Of a stretch of DNA of 64,000 nucleotides, positions 1 through 10,650 are shown piece by piece. The position numbers and the translations under genes are program-made. Numbering within the stretch: the stretch's first letter is position 1; each line of letters begins with the position of its first letter. The notes beneath the pieces were generated by a model. It was given only the letters and a program-made list of their open reading frames with translations, was not told the DNA's origin and made no database searches. Source of the DNA: Lama guanicoe (Eukaryota); assembly GCA_013239625.1 (NCBI GenBank), contig MU053933.1, positions 2,905,817 to 2,969,816 on the forward strand, read 5' to 3'.

Positions 1-750
1 GGAGGCGGCATCGGCCCCGCCGTTGTAGACCCTCGTGGAGTCCATGGTGGGGTTGACCACGTTCCACAGGATGTGCACGTAGTAGACGATGAGGTAGTAG
101 CCGGTGGAGTTGAAGACCCACCAGAGGGACCAGAGGCGCAGCTGCGGCAGCCGCAGGTTGTGGCCCAGCTCCCGGACCATGCGCGCAAGGGCCGAGTCCC
201 GCCAGGCCGCCGCGGGCCCGGGCTTGCCGCCCGCGGGCTGGCCCGGGCCCGGGTTCATCTGGTCCAGCTCGGAGGAAGAGGCCTCGGTGGGCGCGCTGCG
301 GTTGAAGAAGAGGCTGCGCTTGGGGCGTCTCAGGAAGAGCGCAAGGACCAGGCTGAAGGTGAGGAAGGCCAGCGAGATGTAGTTGAGTGTGGAGAAGGGG
401 ACGCGGCCCATGGTGACCAGCAGCTGGCCCAGCACGGAGCTGGTGAAGACGCCGAGCAGCACCGCGGCCCGCGAGTAGCCGGCCACGCGCTGGTAGTGGG
501 CGGGGGGCACGAGCGAGAAGACGTAGGAGGAGTAGGCGATGCGGGCGGCCATGGTGATGCTGAAGAAGAGCTCCATGAGCTGCATGTGCAGCACGGACGA
601 GCCGAACAGCAGGAGGAGCCACACGGACACGTAGCTCAGACCCTGCAGCAGCAGCACCGGCTTGTAGCGCAGGTAGTCGGTCAGCAGGAAGATGGGCACC
701 AGCACGGCCAGGTAGGAGTACGACAGCACCGGCGTGATCTCGTTGGTGAC
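1..750 (-). CDS. SLC19A1: Reduced folate carrier (folate transporter 1), second coding exon, residues 64-313; runs off the window edge
   Basis: The minus strand from 750 reads VTNEITPVLSYSYLAVLVPIFLLTDYLRYKPVLLLQGLSYVSVWLLLLFG...MQLMELFFSITMAARIAYSSYVFSLV...LRLWSLWWVFNSTGYYLIVYYVHILWNVVNPTMDSTRVYNGGADAAS with no stop, colinear with human SLC19A1. Acceptor tgtcacgcag|GTC with AG at 752-751, phase 0. Confidence 0.97.
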
Positions 751-3700
751 CTGCGTGACACGGAGGCTCGTGACATGGAGGCTCGTGACCCCGGCCTGGG
801 GGCCGCCCTGACGCTCCAGCCACCTGCCACGTGAGAGCTCCGCCCACACCCCACTGCCCCCTGTGCCCTGTACGTGGCCCCCTGCCAGAACTACGCCATG
901 GGCGCCAGCCTCTGAAAATGTGCAGCCCCTTCGGGCCATCCAGGGCAGCCAGGGAAAAGCCTGACCCCCAAACCACGCTCTGCCCTGAACCCACCCCCAC
1001 GGGCTTGCTTCTCATGCAGCAGCTCAGTACTGACACCTGCAGACTCCCACTGTAAACCACACAGAGTGAGGACACAATTGCCTACAGAGAGCTTGCAATT
1101 ACCCTGTGAATCATTGGTAATTACGTGTTGTCGTGCGAATCCAGACTTAGCTGTCTTAATGAGACTAAAACATGATGTGATCTCACCTAACGACATGAGT
1201 CTAACAGCAAGGAAAACAGAGTCATAACCAAGTCGCGCTCGCACTGACATGGCCGCCTCGGTCACGGGAGGAGAGGCAAAAGCGAGGGGCAGCGAAGAGG
1301 CCAGGAATACAAAAGGTGAGTTCACAGGACGGGTCATGCAGAACACGCAGGAAGGGAAGGAATGACAGAGGAAAGGAGGGCAGGGGACAGGAGGGGACGG
1401 CACAAGGGACACTTGGGAGAAGGGCCCCACAGCCACCCCACACTGGCCACACAACAGGCAGGGCTGGGCCCTCGCCCCCACTCATCAGGCAAACTAGGAC
1501 ACGCGTCCTGATGGGGCCAGGACTCCTGGCTTCGCCAGGGGAGCTGCCCACAGCCTCGACCATTCAGTTCTCCACACAGACGGAGCCAGCCCGGCAGGAC
1601 ACTCCCTCCTGGTTATGCAGGGCAGGGGCACAGCCAGACGCACTCAGGGCGAGAGCCAGATGTCCCCCTGGTGGCCTGGGAAGGACCACCCCAGGCCCAC
1701 TCTGCAAGCACCAGTACCAGCTCAGGAGAGGCCCAGTTCTCGGCCTCGCCCCATTTCTAGGGGATGGACATTGAAGGTGCCCTGTGCTCGGAGCTCCTCC
1801 CGAGGCCCAGGGGGGTCCACCTACCTTTCCTAACCCCACCTGACCCTGCCCTGAGCCCCGGGGTAGCATCAGGTGAGCCCTGGGCCTCCCTGAGCTCTCA
1901 GAGGCTCCGGCCTCCCTCGGGTCCCACCTGACAGCCTGCAGGGCTGCGAGGCAGCCCGCCCTCCTGCCCAGGCCCTCTGCCAGGTGGCCTCCTGACCCAC
2001 GGGCCCACCAGGAGGCAGGGCTGACCTAAAAGGCTGCAGCCCCCAGAACACTGAGCACTGAAGGCCCCCAGGACATCCGGCACAGCCTCGGGGCAGGTCC
2101 ACGGGGTTCGCAGGAAGCTGACTGCTCAGCTCTGGTCCCAGAGCCTCGGGGCCAGCTGCAGGGCTGGACCCTGTTTACGGAAAATTCCAGGAACATCTAA
2201 CAGCCCCTCAGTTGGTGAGACCTCTTGGCAGATGGCTTGCTCAGCTGCAAGGTTTCGGGGTCGGCACCGTGGGGTCAGTGCTGCGGGAGGCCAGCCAGTT
2301 TTCCTCCTCCGCCTCCCCACTCCCTCCTCTGCATTCCATGATCTGCTTTCCTGGGGCTGGCTGCCTCGGGCCAGGCGGGAGTCTGATCCACATCACGCTT
2401 GCGGGACTTGCTGGGAGCACGGTGCCCATGAAGACCCTGGGGTACGTGGCGTCTGTCAAGTGGCACGAGGCTGGCCTCCCACTGGCCTCCGCCCTGCATC
2501 ACTGGGCCACGTTCCCAACACCTCTGTTTGGACAGGTCGGGTCGGGCTGACAGGCAGAAGTCGGGAGCTGTGCCAAGATCGGGACCCAGGCGGCTTCAGT
2601 CAGGAGGCTCGGCAGGGGCACACAGCAGCCAGGACGAGTGGGGGTGGGGCTCGGGGCAGAAGGAGGGGTGCCGGGGGTTCTGAGGGGAGCAGGCAGGGCC
2701 AGGGCACAGGTGACTCCAAATTCCAAGAGGAGCGGTGTCCAGGAGCCAACACCTGGGGCGCCTAGAGGGGCGCTGAGTCCTGCCTGACAAGTGAGCAAGC
2801 CAGGACAGGCTGTCACGAGGATACTCCATGGCCCCACCAGAGATGGGGGGGAGGGTCAGCCGAGGGCCATGAAAGGAATGGAAGGGCCACTGTGGAGGCG
2901 GGCCCGCGGGGCTGGGAGTCTGCCCAGCAGCTTGGATGCAGACGCATCACAGGTTCAAAGGAGCAAAAGCAAGCCTGGGACCCTCTGGGAGGTGCTTCGT
3001 GAAGCTGGGGAGGCCAAGGCTCCGCACAAACCAGAAGCAAACTCTGGCTGAATTAAAACACGAAGCTGCAGCAAAGGGGTCTCCTGACGCAAAGCGAGGG
3101 GATTGGTGCAGACCAGAGGCACCCGCACATGTGCAGTCCGGCTCCGCCAGCGCCAGGAGCCCCACAGGGAGAGGGCAGGCCGGTGGAGGCCATGCACCAG
3201 AGGCAGCCGGGGACGCGGGACCGGGGCCGAAATCAAGGAGACGCAGCTCCTCCAGTGGCCAGAGACCCTTCTGCTGCCCATCAGGTGGGCACAAGTCCAA
3301 CAGCGCCTCGCCTCGCCACGCTGGCGCGAGGGAGTCAGAAGCCGGGCACCCACCGCAGAGGCAGCAAGGCTCGACCTGGGGACCACAGGGCAGCAACGTG
3401 CAGTGGCGCTGCCCGGGGAGGACGAGCTGGAGGCCCCTGGGGACCCTGGAACAGGGTGGGCCCCTTGGGGTTTGATGCCACCAGGCCAGAGTCAGGCGGG
3501 ACCTGCCCGAACCCGTGTGGGTGAGGTGGCAGCAGTGGCCCGGACCCCCAGGCTCCCCCAGGACCGGCCTCAGCCGCCCCTGCGGTCACGTCCGAAGCCT
3601 GGTGGGCGGCTTAGTTTCTGAAACCCACCACCTGATCAGCTAATGTGTGACCTGAGAGGGCAGGAAGGCGGGATTCGTCGCTCTTTGGCTTTGGAGATTT

Positions 3701-4801
3701 TCCTATTATTTTACCAGAGCGCCACCCACGGGCTCACTCCTGAGTAGTTGCAGTGGTGGGATGACAGCCCCTTTAAGGACAGAGCGCTTTTCCGGGGACA
3801 CAGGCTGTCTGGCCAATCGGTGAGCCCGGGTGTGAGGGACGGTGGCTCCGAGGAGGAGGCCAGGGCCTGGGGGGCACAGGAGGCAACCCGAGGGCCCTGC
3901 CTGTCCCAGCTGATGGGCAGAGCCCCCCACCCGGGCTCACCTGGGAAGTGACCCCTCTGGCAGCTGTGCTGGCCGGGGGTGGCACGCACTCACACACATG
4001 CTGGAAGCCTATCTGCTTCCCATGAGGGCTACTTAGAGGGGACAGGCCTCGTCTGCACGGCACCTCCATGTGACTTAATTCTGGGGTTGCTGAGGGCTGG
4101 GGGCCAAGCTCTCGCCACGGAGACAGGCAGGGGCTCCCTGGAGAACTCAGGTGGCAGGTGGGCCCAGCAGGTGGGGTCCAGCGCCAGGACATGGGGTGTG
4201 GGGACCAGTGGCCATATGGGAGGGGACAGAAGGAGCTGGGGGCGAGGGTGTGTGGCCCAGGGAGCAAACGGCACAGGCAGCCAGGGACCCCGCCATGGGG
4301 GGCGGGTGGGTCCTCAGGCAGGACAAGCAGGGTGGTGACCGGGACTCGGACTAGAGCCCTGACCATGCGCTCCATCAACCACCAGCCGCTGCGTCCTGTT
4401 CTGTTTTATTTTATGGAGACGGATCCCAGCGGGGACACCACCTGCGCTGCTTCTGTTCTGCGTGCGACCTGAGACTCACGTCCTGCGTGGGCTTGTTAGT
4501 CAGGTCTCAGTGAGACCCTGTGTCCTTGCTGCTGAGCAGAAGGAAAATCCCTTCGGTAATCTCTCTGGGCAAATCGGCTTCTGCTGGGAGCAAGTGCCTG
4601 GGGGGTGGGCGGGGGCTTCTGGGCAGGCGGGCCAGCCCGCGGGGGGCACCGCTCTCACCTGTCCCTCAGAGCCCCACGGACTCCTCTGCCGGACCTGCCT
4701 TCGCTCTAAGCGGCCTGGGGTGAAGGTGACCACGGGGCTGGCGTGGAGCCCCAGCACCTGCAGCCTGCACCTCCCCCCCGCCCAGCACGGCGCCCACGTG
4801 C

Positions 4802-4990
4802 CTGCTTCTGCGTGAAGTTCTTGTCGGGGCCCAGGAGGTAGGGCGTGACGAAGCTCTCCCCCGGCCGCATCTGAGCCATGAAGCCGTAGAAGCACAGGTA
4901 GGACACCAGGCACCACCAGGACTGCGGCTCGCGGCCCGGCCGGGGCTCTGCGGGGCCCTGCTTCTCCGCCTCCCGGCCCGAGAGCGCCAT
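4802..4990 (-). CDS. SLC19A1: Reduced folate carrier, first coding exon (Met1-Gln63); the exon extends 5' as UTR to an acceptor at 5041
   Basis: ATG at 4990, then MALSGREAEKQGPAEPRPGREPQSWWCLVSYLCFYGFMAQMRPGESFVTPYLLGPDKNFTQKQ (189 nt). Includes the RPGESF motif and the N58 NFT sequon. Donor CAG|GCACGT at 4801; acceptor ctcttctctccag|G at 5041. Confidence 0.96.
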
Positions 4991-5299
4991 GCCGCCAGGC
5001 CCCGGGCGCAACACTGCGGGAGACGGGAGGGGACCCGGGACCTGGAGAGAAGAGGCGGAGTCAGCGGAGCTCAGCAAACAGCCCAAGCTGCCTCCCCCCA
5101 CCCGCCTCCCGGGAAACTCAGCTGAAAGCTCCCCGCCCACCGCCCGCCCTGTCGTTCAATCGGGATCCAACATGCCAGAGGGCAAGAGGGCCCCCAGGCC
5201 CCAGACCCGTTCCCAGCCCGGGGCTTTTAACAGTCCAGGTGCCAGGTCCACGCAGACCTGGCTGTCACCACCTCCAGGGGCTCCCCAGATGGCAGCCAC

Positions 5300-5440
5300 C
5301 AACCATGTGAGGCCAGAAAATGTTACATTACTAAAAACCAAACACAGTCAAGATCCAGTTCCTTGGCAACACCTGACTCATTTCAAGTGCTCACAGCAGG
5401 GGCGAGGCTGCGGGGCTGCGCACACTGCCCTCCCCAGGTC
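5300..5440. mobile_element. Degraded MER3/MER33-like hAT MITE fragment
   Basis: atccagttccttggcaacacctgactcatttcaagtgctcacagc resembles the MER3/MER33 core as I recall it (ttcagttcctcagtcgcactagccacatttcaagtgctcaatagc). Confidence 0.4.
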
Positions 5441-8400
5441 TGTCAGCCTGCTCCGGTGCCCAGGGTCCCTGCGTCAGTGCCACAGCACCAGGCACATCCA
5501 AGTGCCGGACGCAGCAGCTGGAGAAGCCGTCGCCCCCGGGAAGGCCCAGAGGATGCGGCAGGAAGGGGCCCTGCTGGGACGCCTGGTGGGCACACTCCTG
5601 GTCACAGCCCTGGGTCAGCAATGGGGGCGGAGGCCCCCCAGGTCCACCGATGGAGAGCGAGACTTCATGCCAGCGTCTGACGACTTCAACACAGGCCCGG
5701 GCCTCAGTTCAGGGAACTATGGTCAGATGAGCAGAACTGCTTCCTCCTTCTGCGCTCCCATGTCTATTTCTATGACTCAGGGAAAACGGGCGTGGAGGGT
5801 TAACAGCAGGAAAACCCAAGAAGCCGGGGCTGGTGGGTTTGTCTCTGAGGCTACAAGGAGGGGCAAGGTAGGCGTGAGGGGGCAACGGTGGCCCAGGAGT
5901 TAGAGGGTCTTAGGACAGCCCCTGAGTCCTCACGGGCCAAGTGAAGCACCAGCCGGGTAAGGGCTGGAACCCGCCTCCCCCTGCACCCCCAGAGGGCACA
6001 CAGGCCAAGCGGCTCCAGCAGAGACTCGGAGGTTTGCTTTCCTTGCCCTGTGTTTCTGAGCCCCTGGGAGCTTCAGAGACGGCTGGAGGGGCGCGGCCTC
6101 AGAGAAGGGTGCATACACGCCCCGCCCACCGTTCCAGCCCCAGGACCCCCCCACGTTCACCCTGTGCTCCCAGGTGTGCCGTTCTCTGGACGCCGGGAAA
6201 CCCGCACTCACCAGCTCAGCACCCAGCACTCGGCTTGGGGTGAACAGCCAAGAACTTACCAAGCCCAGGGTCCCCAGGAGGGGGTCCCACCCTCCCTGTC
6301 CCCCAGGGGCTCAGGGGACCCCTGCACTTGGCCCTGAAAGGTATCATCTACGGGGCGATGGGAACTTCCCATACCTGGTGCCCCCAAATCCCGGGGCAGC
6401 GGGAGCAGTCCCAGACCCCAGGGCCAGGCAAGCACACTGCCATCTTCATTGCTACGTCCTGGACTCTGACGGCTCCTGGACCCTGAGGCGGCGCTTCTGA
6501 GACAACAGTGACAGCCTGTCAGAAGCTTGTCTGAAGGTCTGGGGCACAGCCTGGGCGGACGGACTCTGCGCCCCAGCACGGCCCCAGGCACGCCCACACA
6601 GGCTGCCTCGGGCCTCCCGGCTGCTCAGTGATAGGCGCTCCACCTGCTGGTATCTCTCGCCAGCACGCAGCCTGCCCCCACCAAGGCTCAGACGGGCCCC
6701 AGGAGCCCCCAGGGTCACCACCATGCAGTGGAGACCGCCTCACTCCCCAGAAGCACGGATACGCAAGGAACCACTCCGGGCGAGGGCCAGGGAGCCCCGG
6801 ACCAGCTGAGGAGCTCTGTAGTGTCTGCAGACGCCCAGGGAGCCAAGCAGGAGGTGGGGCTTCCCCTAGGGCACCCAAAGCCGTCTCCTCAGGTCAACCT
6901 GCAAGCTGCACTCCCTCCCTCCCAGCCCACCTCAGGGCCAACCCCATCAAGTGCTGGACCTCACAGGCTGTCCCTCCAGTCCCATCCCTGCAACCCGACC
7001 ATAAAGTGCTCAGTGTAGGAGCTCCCCACCTTCCTCCTGAGTCACAAGACGGCTGGAAGGAAGGAGGGCGCCCCCACCCCCAGCCTCCTGGCCGCCTCTG
7101 CTCTTGGATCACAGGATGCTGAGGGCCGAGGGCTCACCCAGGGCTCATATGCAGACGGGTCTCGCCTCTGGGCTGCAGCCTATTGGCTGGCAAGTCTCCC
7201 AGGCACACACGGGGAGCCCTCCACCTGCCGTCTCTGTAAATGTTTGCTCAAGGAACCGCTGCCTCAGGACAGGCTCCGGGCAGGGGTCTCTGCAGGAAGG
7301 CAGCTGCCCCCAGGCCCTCGGGGGCAGGCACACTCACCAGGCCCATCGACTATGCCAGGAGGGACTGAAGCTCCCTCTGCTTCTTTCTCCCTCAGCCCGG
7401 CTGCCAGGGACCCACTCTCCAAGAATGTGAGTGGAGATGCCCGCCCTGGTCAAAGGCGGCTGCCTGTCCTGGAGAACTTACAGCCCCGTGTCCGGCCAGT
7501 GACCCCCAGAGCCTCACCCTGCCCGGTGCCGGGGGGCAGAACAGCAGGGCAGACGCTGAGAAGCACGGAAGGGGCCAGGCCCTCGAGGGGCTCCCTGCAG
7601 AAATGGCCCCTTTCATTCATTCCTGCTTCAAGTTTTTCCTGAGTGTTGTTTAAAAAAACCCTGTCCCTTCCACCCATAGGAGGCCCTCCTCTAAACTCGG
7701 GGGTGGGGGGGGCAGGGTCACGGTCCTAGGCCTCCCTCACCAGCTCCACCTGGCTCCCCGCCGATGAGGCCCCACTGCAGGGGCACCTGAGGCAGATCCC
7801 AGTCACCCTCACGGGCTGAAAAGCCACCACCAGGCACCACATAAGAGAGAACAGTGGGGCGGAGTGGCTGGCACCGTGGCCATAGCAGCGCCACCACGTG
7901 GAGCTGGGAGCAATGGCATTTATTTGAACTAAAGAGACACCCCAGGGACAGGAGGCTCGGGCCACTTCGGGACATGCGGGCGTTTCTCCCATGCGTCACC
8001 CACACTTGGCTCGGCATCGCTGCACGCGCTTTCCAAAACTTCTAAAACAGGTCGGGGGCAGCCAGCTCGTGTGCCCACGGGCTGGACAACAGGGTCACGG
8101 GGAGGGGCTCAGCCCCATCCCAGTAGCACACTGCCACCCAGAACGGCAGGGCTTGTTCACCCTGCACCACCAGGAGGAAAGGCCACAAGTGCGGGGACCT
8201 GGGGTGGGACGACGGGGGTGCAGAGAAAGGGCAGGCGCAGAAGCCGGGGTCTCCGCCCGCATTCCAGGTGGTGACTGTTGGCCTCCGGAATCATCTCTCT
8301 GTTCATTCATGTGCCTCACGTGAGGTGAGTGTAGTGACAGCTCTGCAGGCGACGTGGTCAGCGACCAGAGCCAGGACTAAAGTCCGCTTCCACACGTGCT

Positions 8401-9392
8401 GCCCGGGAAGGGGAGGTGGAGGCACCCAGCCAGGTGCTCACCGCCGCAGAAACAGCACAGAGGGCGAGTGAGGTGGCCGAGCTCAGGAGCATCAGGCGGC
8501 AGGGCAGGCTGGACCCCAAGTGTCCGGACCCCAGCCCGGCCCCGTGCTCGTTCAGGCCTCTTCAGGGCAACCGACGGAAGTACCGCTGGCCAGCCAGGAG
8601 GGTCAAGGGGAGGACAAGGACCATCAGGAGAAAGTTCTGACGGTTAACCTCCGGCCGCTTCAGATCACCCCCTGCACCTGCCCTGGGGGGAGCACCAGCT
8701 GTGCCCCTGGCCCCGCCCCCCAGCACGGGGGAAGGCCTGAGGCCCAAGATCAAAAAAAAAAGCAAACAGCATCTCTCTCATTAGGTGCTTTTAAGCAGCT
8801 ACCTCTCTCTTCAGTTAACATTCCTAGTAAGAAAGAGAAAAGCCTTAAGCCCTGCCTGCCCAGATCAGATAACAAAGTTCTGTGTTCCAAAGAGTAAACT
8901 AAAATCCTTCGGGCAGGACTGCTCTGGACACCCAACCCACAGGTTTAAAGCACCCTGGAGGTGTTGGTCATGTCTGCCCAGCACAGGTAACTCTAATACT
9001 TGGGGTTATTAAACCCACCAAAGCCCCCTCTGAAAGTAAGGATGTGACAACACAAGATGACGCAGAGGCTGAGTGGCACAGTCCATCAGGGTGAGGTAGA
9101 GGGAGATGCCACCAGGGACCCCTGGGGTCTGGGCACCTGGATCCCACACCTGCAGAGGGAGGGAGTCCTGCTGATTTCATCGGGCTGCAGGAGAGCCCTC
9201 CAGTCTCCCGTAGGAGGGGGCACCTAGTCACTGCTTAGCAGGGCGCCCAGCAGGTAGCCCCGACGACTATCTGACTGCACTTTGGGCAGCCTGCAAAACA
9301 GCTTCTAGATGCATCTGCATGTTCTTCTGAGCCGGCCCAGATCCTAACTCGGATCCTAAGACCTGAGAGTGGGGCCGACATGGTGAGGAATT

Positions 9393-9393
<1 letters not shown>

Positions 9394-9423
<30 letters not shown>
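9394..9423. repeat. (CA)n microsatellite
   Basis: Uninterrupted CA run of about 30 nt. Confidence 0.95.
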
Positions 9424-9427
<4 letters not shown>

Positions 9428-9699
9428 TGTGCCTGGTCACCCCCTGGACTCTCCAGGACAAGCACTTCAGACAGGACTTGGGGAACAGTTCTCCAAGGGT
9501 ACAGTATAAGTGTCCCACTGCCCTGGACAACCTCCAGGGCTTGGCTCCAACCACCCAAGGGCTGCTCCAAGGGGAAGTTGTTGATGCCTACAGACTCTGG
9601 GCGCAGGAAACAACGAGTTGGCTGGAGACCAGAAGCGCACCAGGGACTTCTGCACGTGCGCAGAGACCAAAGGTGACAGAGGCTCGGAGCAGGCGCCAG

Positions 9700-10650
9700 G
9701 GTTCCCACTCAGCACGAGACAGCGCGTGGGACTCACGGCCCCTGCACGCACCGCCCGCACCCTGCGCCCACCCCGGCACCAGGAGCCCACGCACCCCGCG
9801 CTCCTCCAGGACCCCAGAGCTCTCCGCGCCTGCGCCACCGCGCCCACCCCAGGCCCCGCAGCCCCTGGCTTCCACCTCTGCGCCCACCCCAGCACCAGGA
9901 GTCCATGCGCCCCGCGCTTCCCCGGGCCTGGCAGCCCCCGCCCACGCCTCCGCGCCCACCCCGGCTCTCAGAGCCCATGCACCCTGCGTTCCTCCGGGGC
10001 CCCAAAGCTCCCGTGCGCCCCACCCTCCCCCCGCGCTCCCCTCCGCCCTTGGCCCGCGCGTCCCTGCGCTCTTCGGAGACCCCCGCAGCCCGAATACTTG
10101 TGCGCTCCCGGCCTCCTCCGCTGGGTGCACGAGGGGACCACAGTGCCCACAATGCCCCGCGCCGCTCGCTTCCGGGAGGCAGGGGGAGGGGGCTCACCTG
10201 GTCCCGCCCCCGCCACGCGTCACCGCGGACGCCGCGCAGGATCTCGGACACGCTCTGCACGGTTGCCCCCGCGATCGGCATCGGACCGGCGCAGCAGCCC
10301 GCGCGCTCGCCCTGCGCCCCAGCGACTCCGGACTCAGCCCCTACTCCAGCCCACCCCGTCGCCGTCCCCTGGTCACACGCCCCTGCTCGGGGAGCCTGCC
10401 ACTCCCGGAGCGTCCACGGTCCCGTCGCAGCCCTCACCGCACCGCGCAGCTCCCTCCCGGTCTCCTCGCCCTCCTCTCGTGCCTACCCACGCAGCGCCGG
10501 GCTCTGGTCGCTGGTCACAGCTCTGCCTTGTGCTGGAGGCCTCCCGGACCAGACCTGGACAGAGGCACCCCAGAGCTGTGACCGCCCCTTTGGACCAGCG
10601 CCGGCCCCCTGACTTCTGTGCAGCCTGACGCCCGCCGTCCTGAGCAAGAA
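9700..10650 (-). promoter_or_regulatory. CpG island; candidate proximal SLC19A1 promoter
   Basis: Dense CpG, GC boxes (cccgcccccgcc at ~10203), and a consensus minus-strand donor CAG|GTGAGC at 10198/10197. Confidence 0.75.
10198..10400 (-). other. SLC19A1: Candidate alternative first exon of SLC19A1 (5' boundary uncertain)
   Basis: Strong donor GACCAG|GTGAGC inside a CpG island ~5 kb upstream of the first coding exon. Human SLC19A1 is known to use several alternative first exons. Confidence 0.55.

Noticed and set aside
73..834. 253-aa plus-strand ORF (MHVVDDEVVAGG...)
   Set aside because: Antisense shadow of the GC3-rich SLC19A1 exon; the real frame is on the minus strand.
4706..5140. 144-aa minus-strand ORF as a single-exon protein
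   Set aside because: Only 4990-4802 matches SLC19A1; the rest is read-through past the GC donor and upstream of Met1.
9427..10628. Several overlapping long ORFs (384, 336, 235 aa)
   Set aside because: Pro/Ala/Arg-rich low-complexity products of a CpG island with few stop codons; no recognisable domain.
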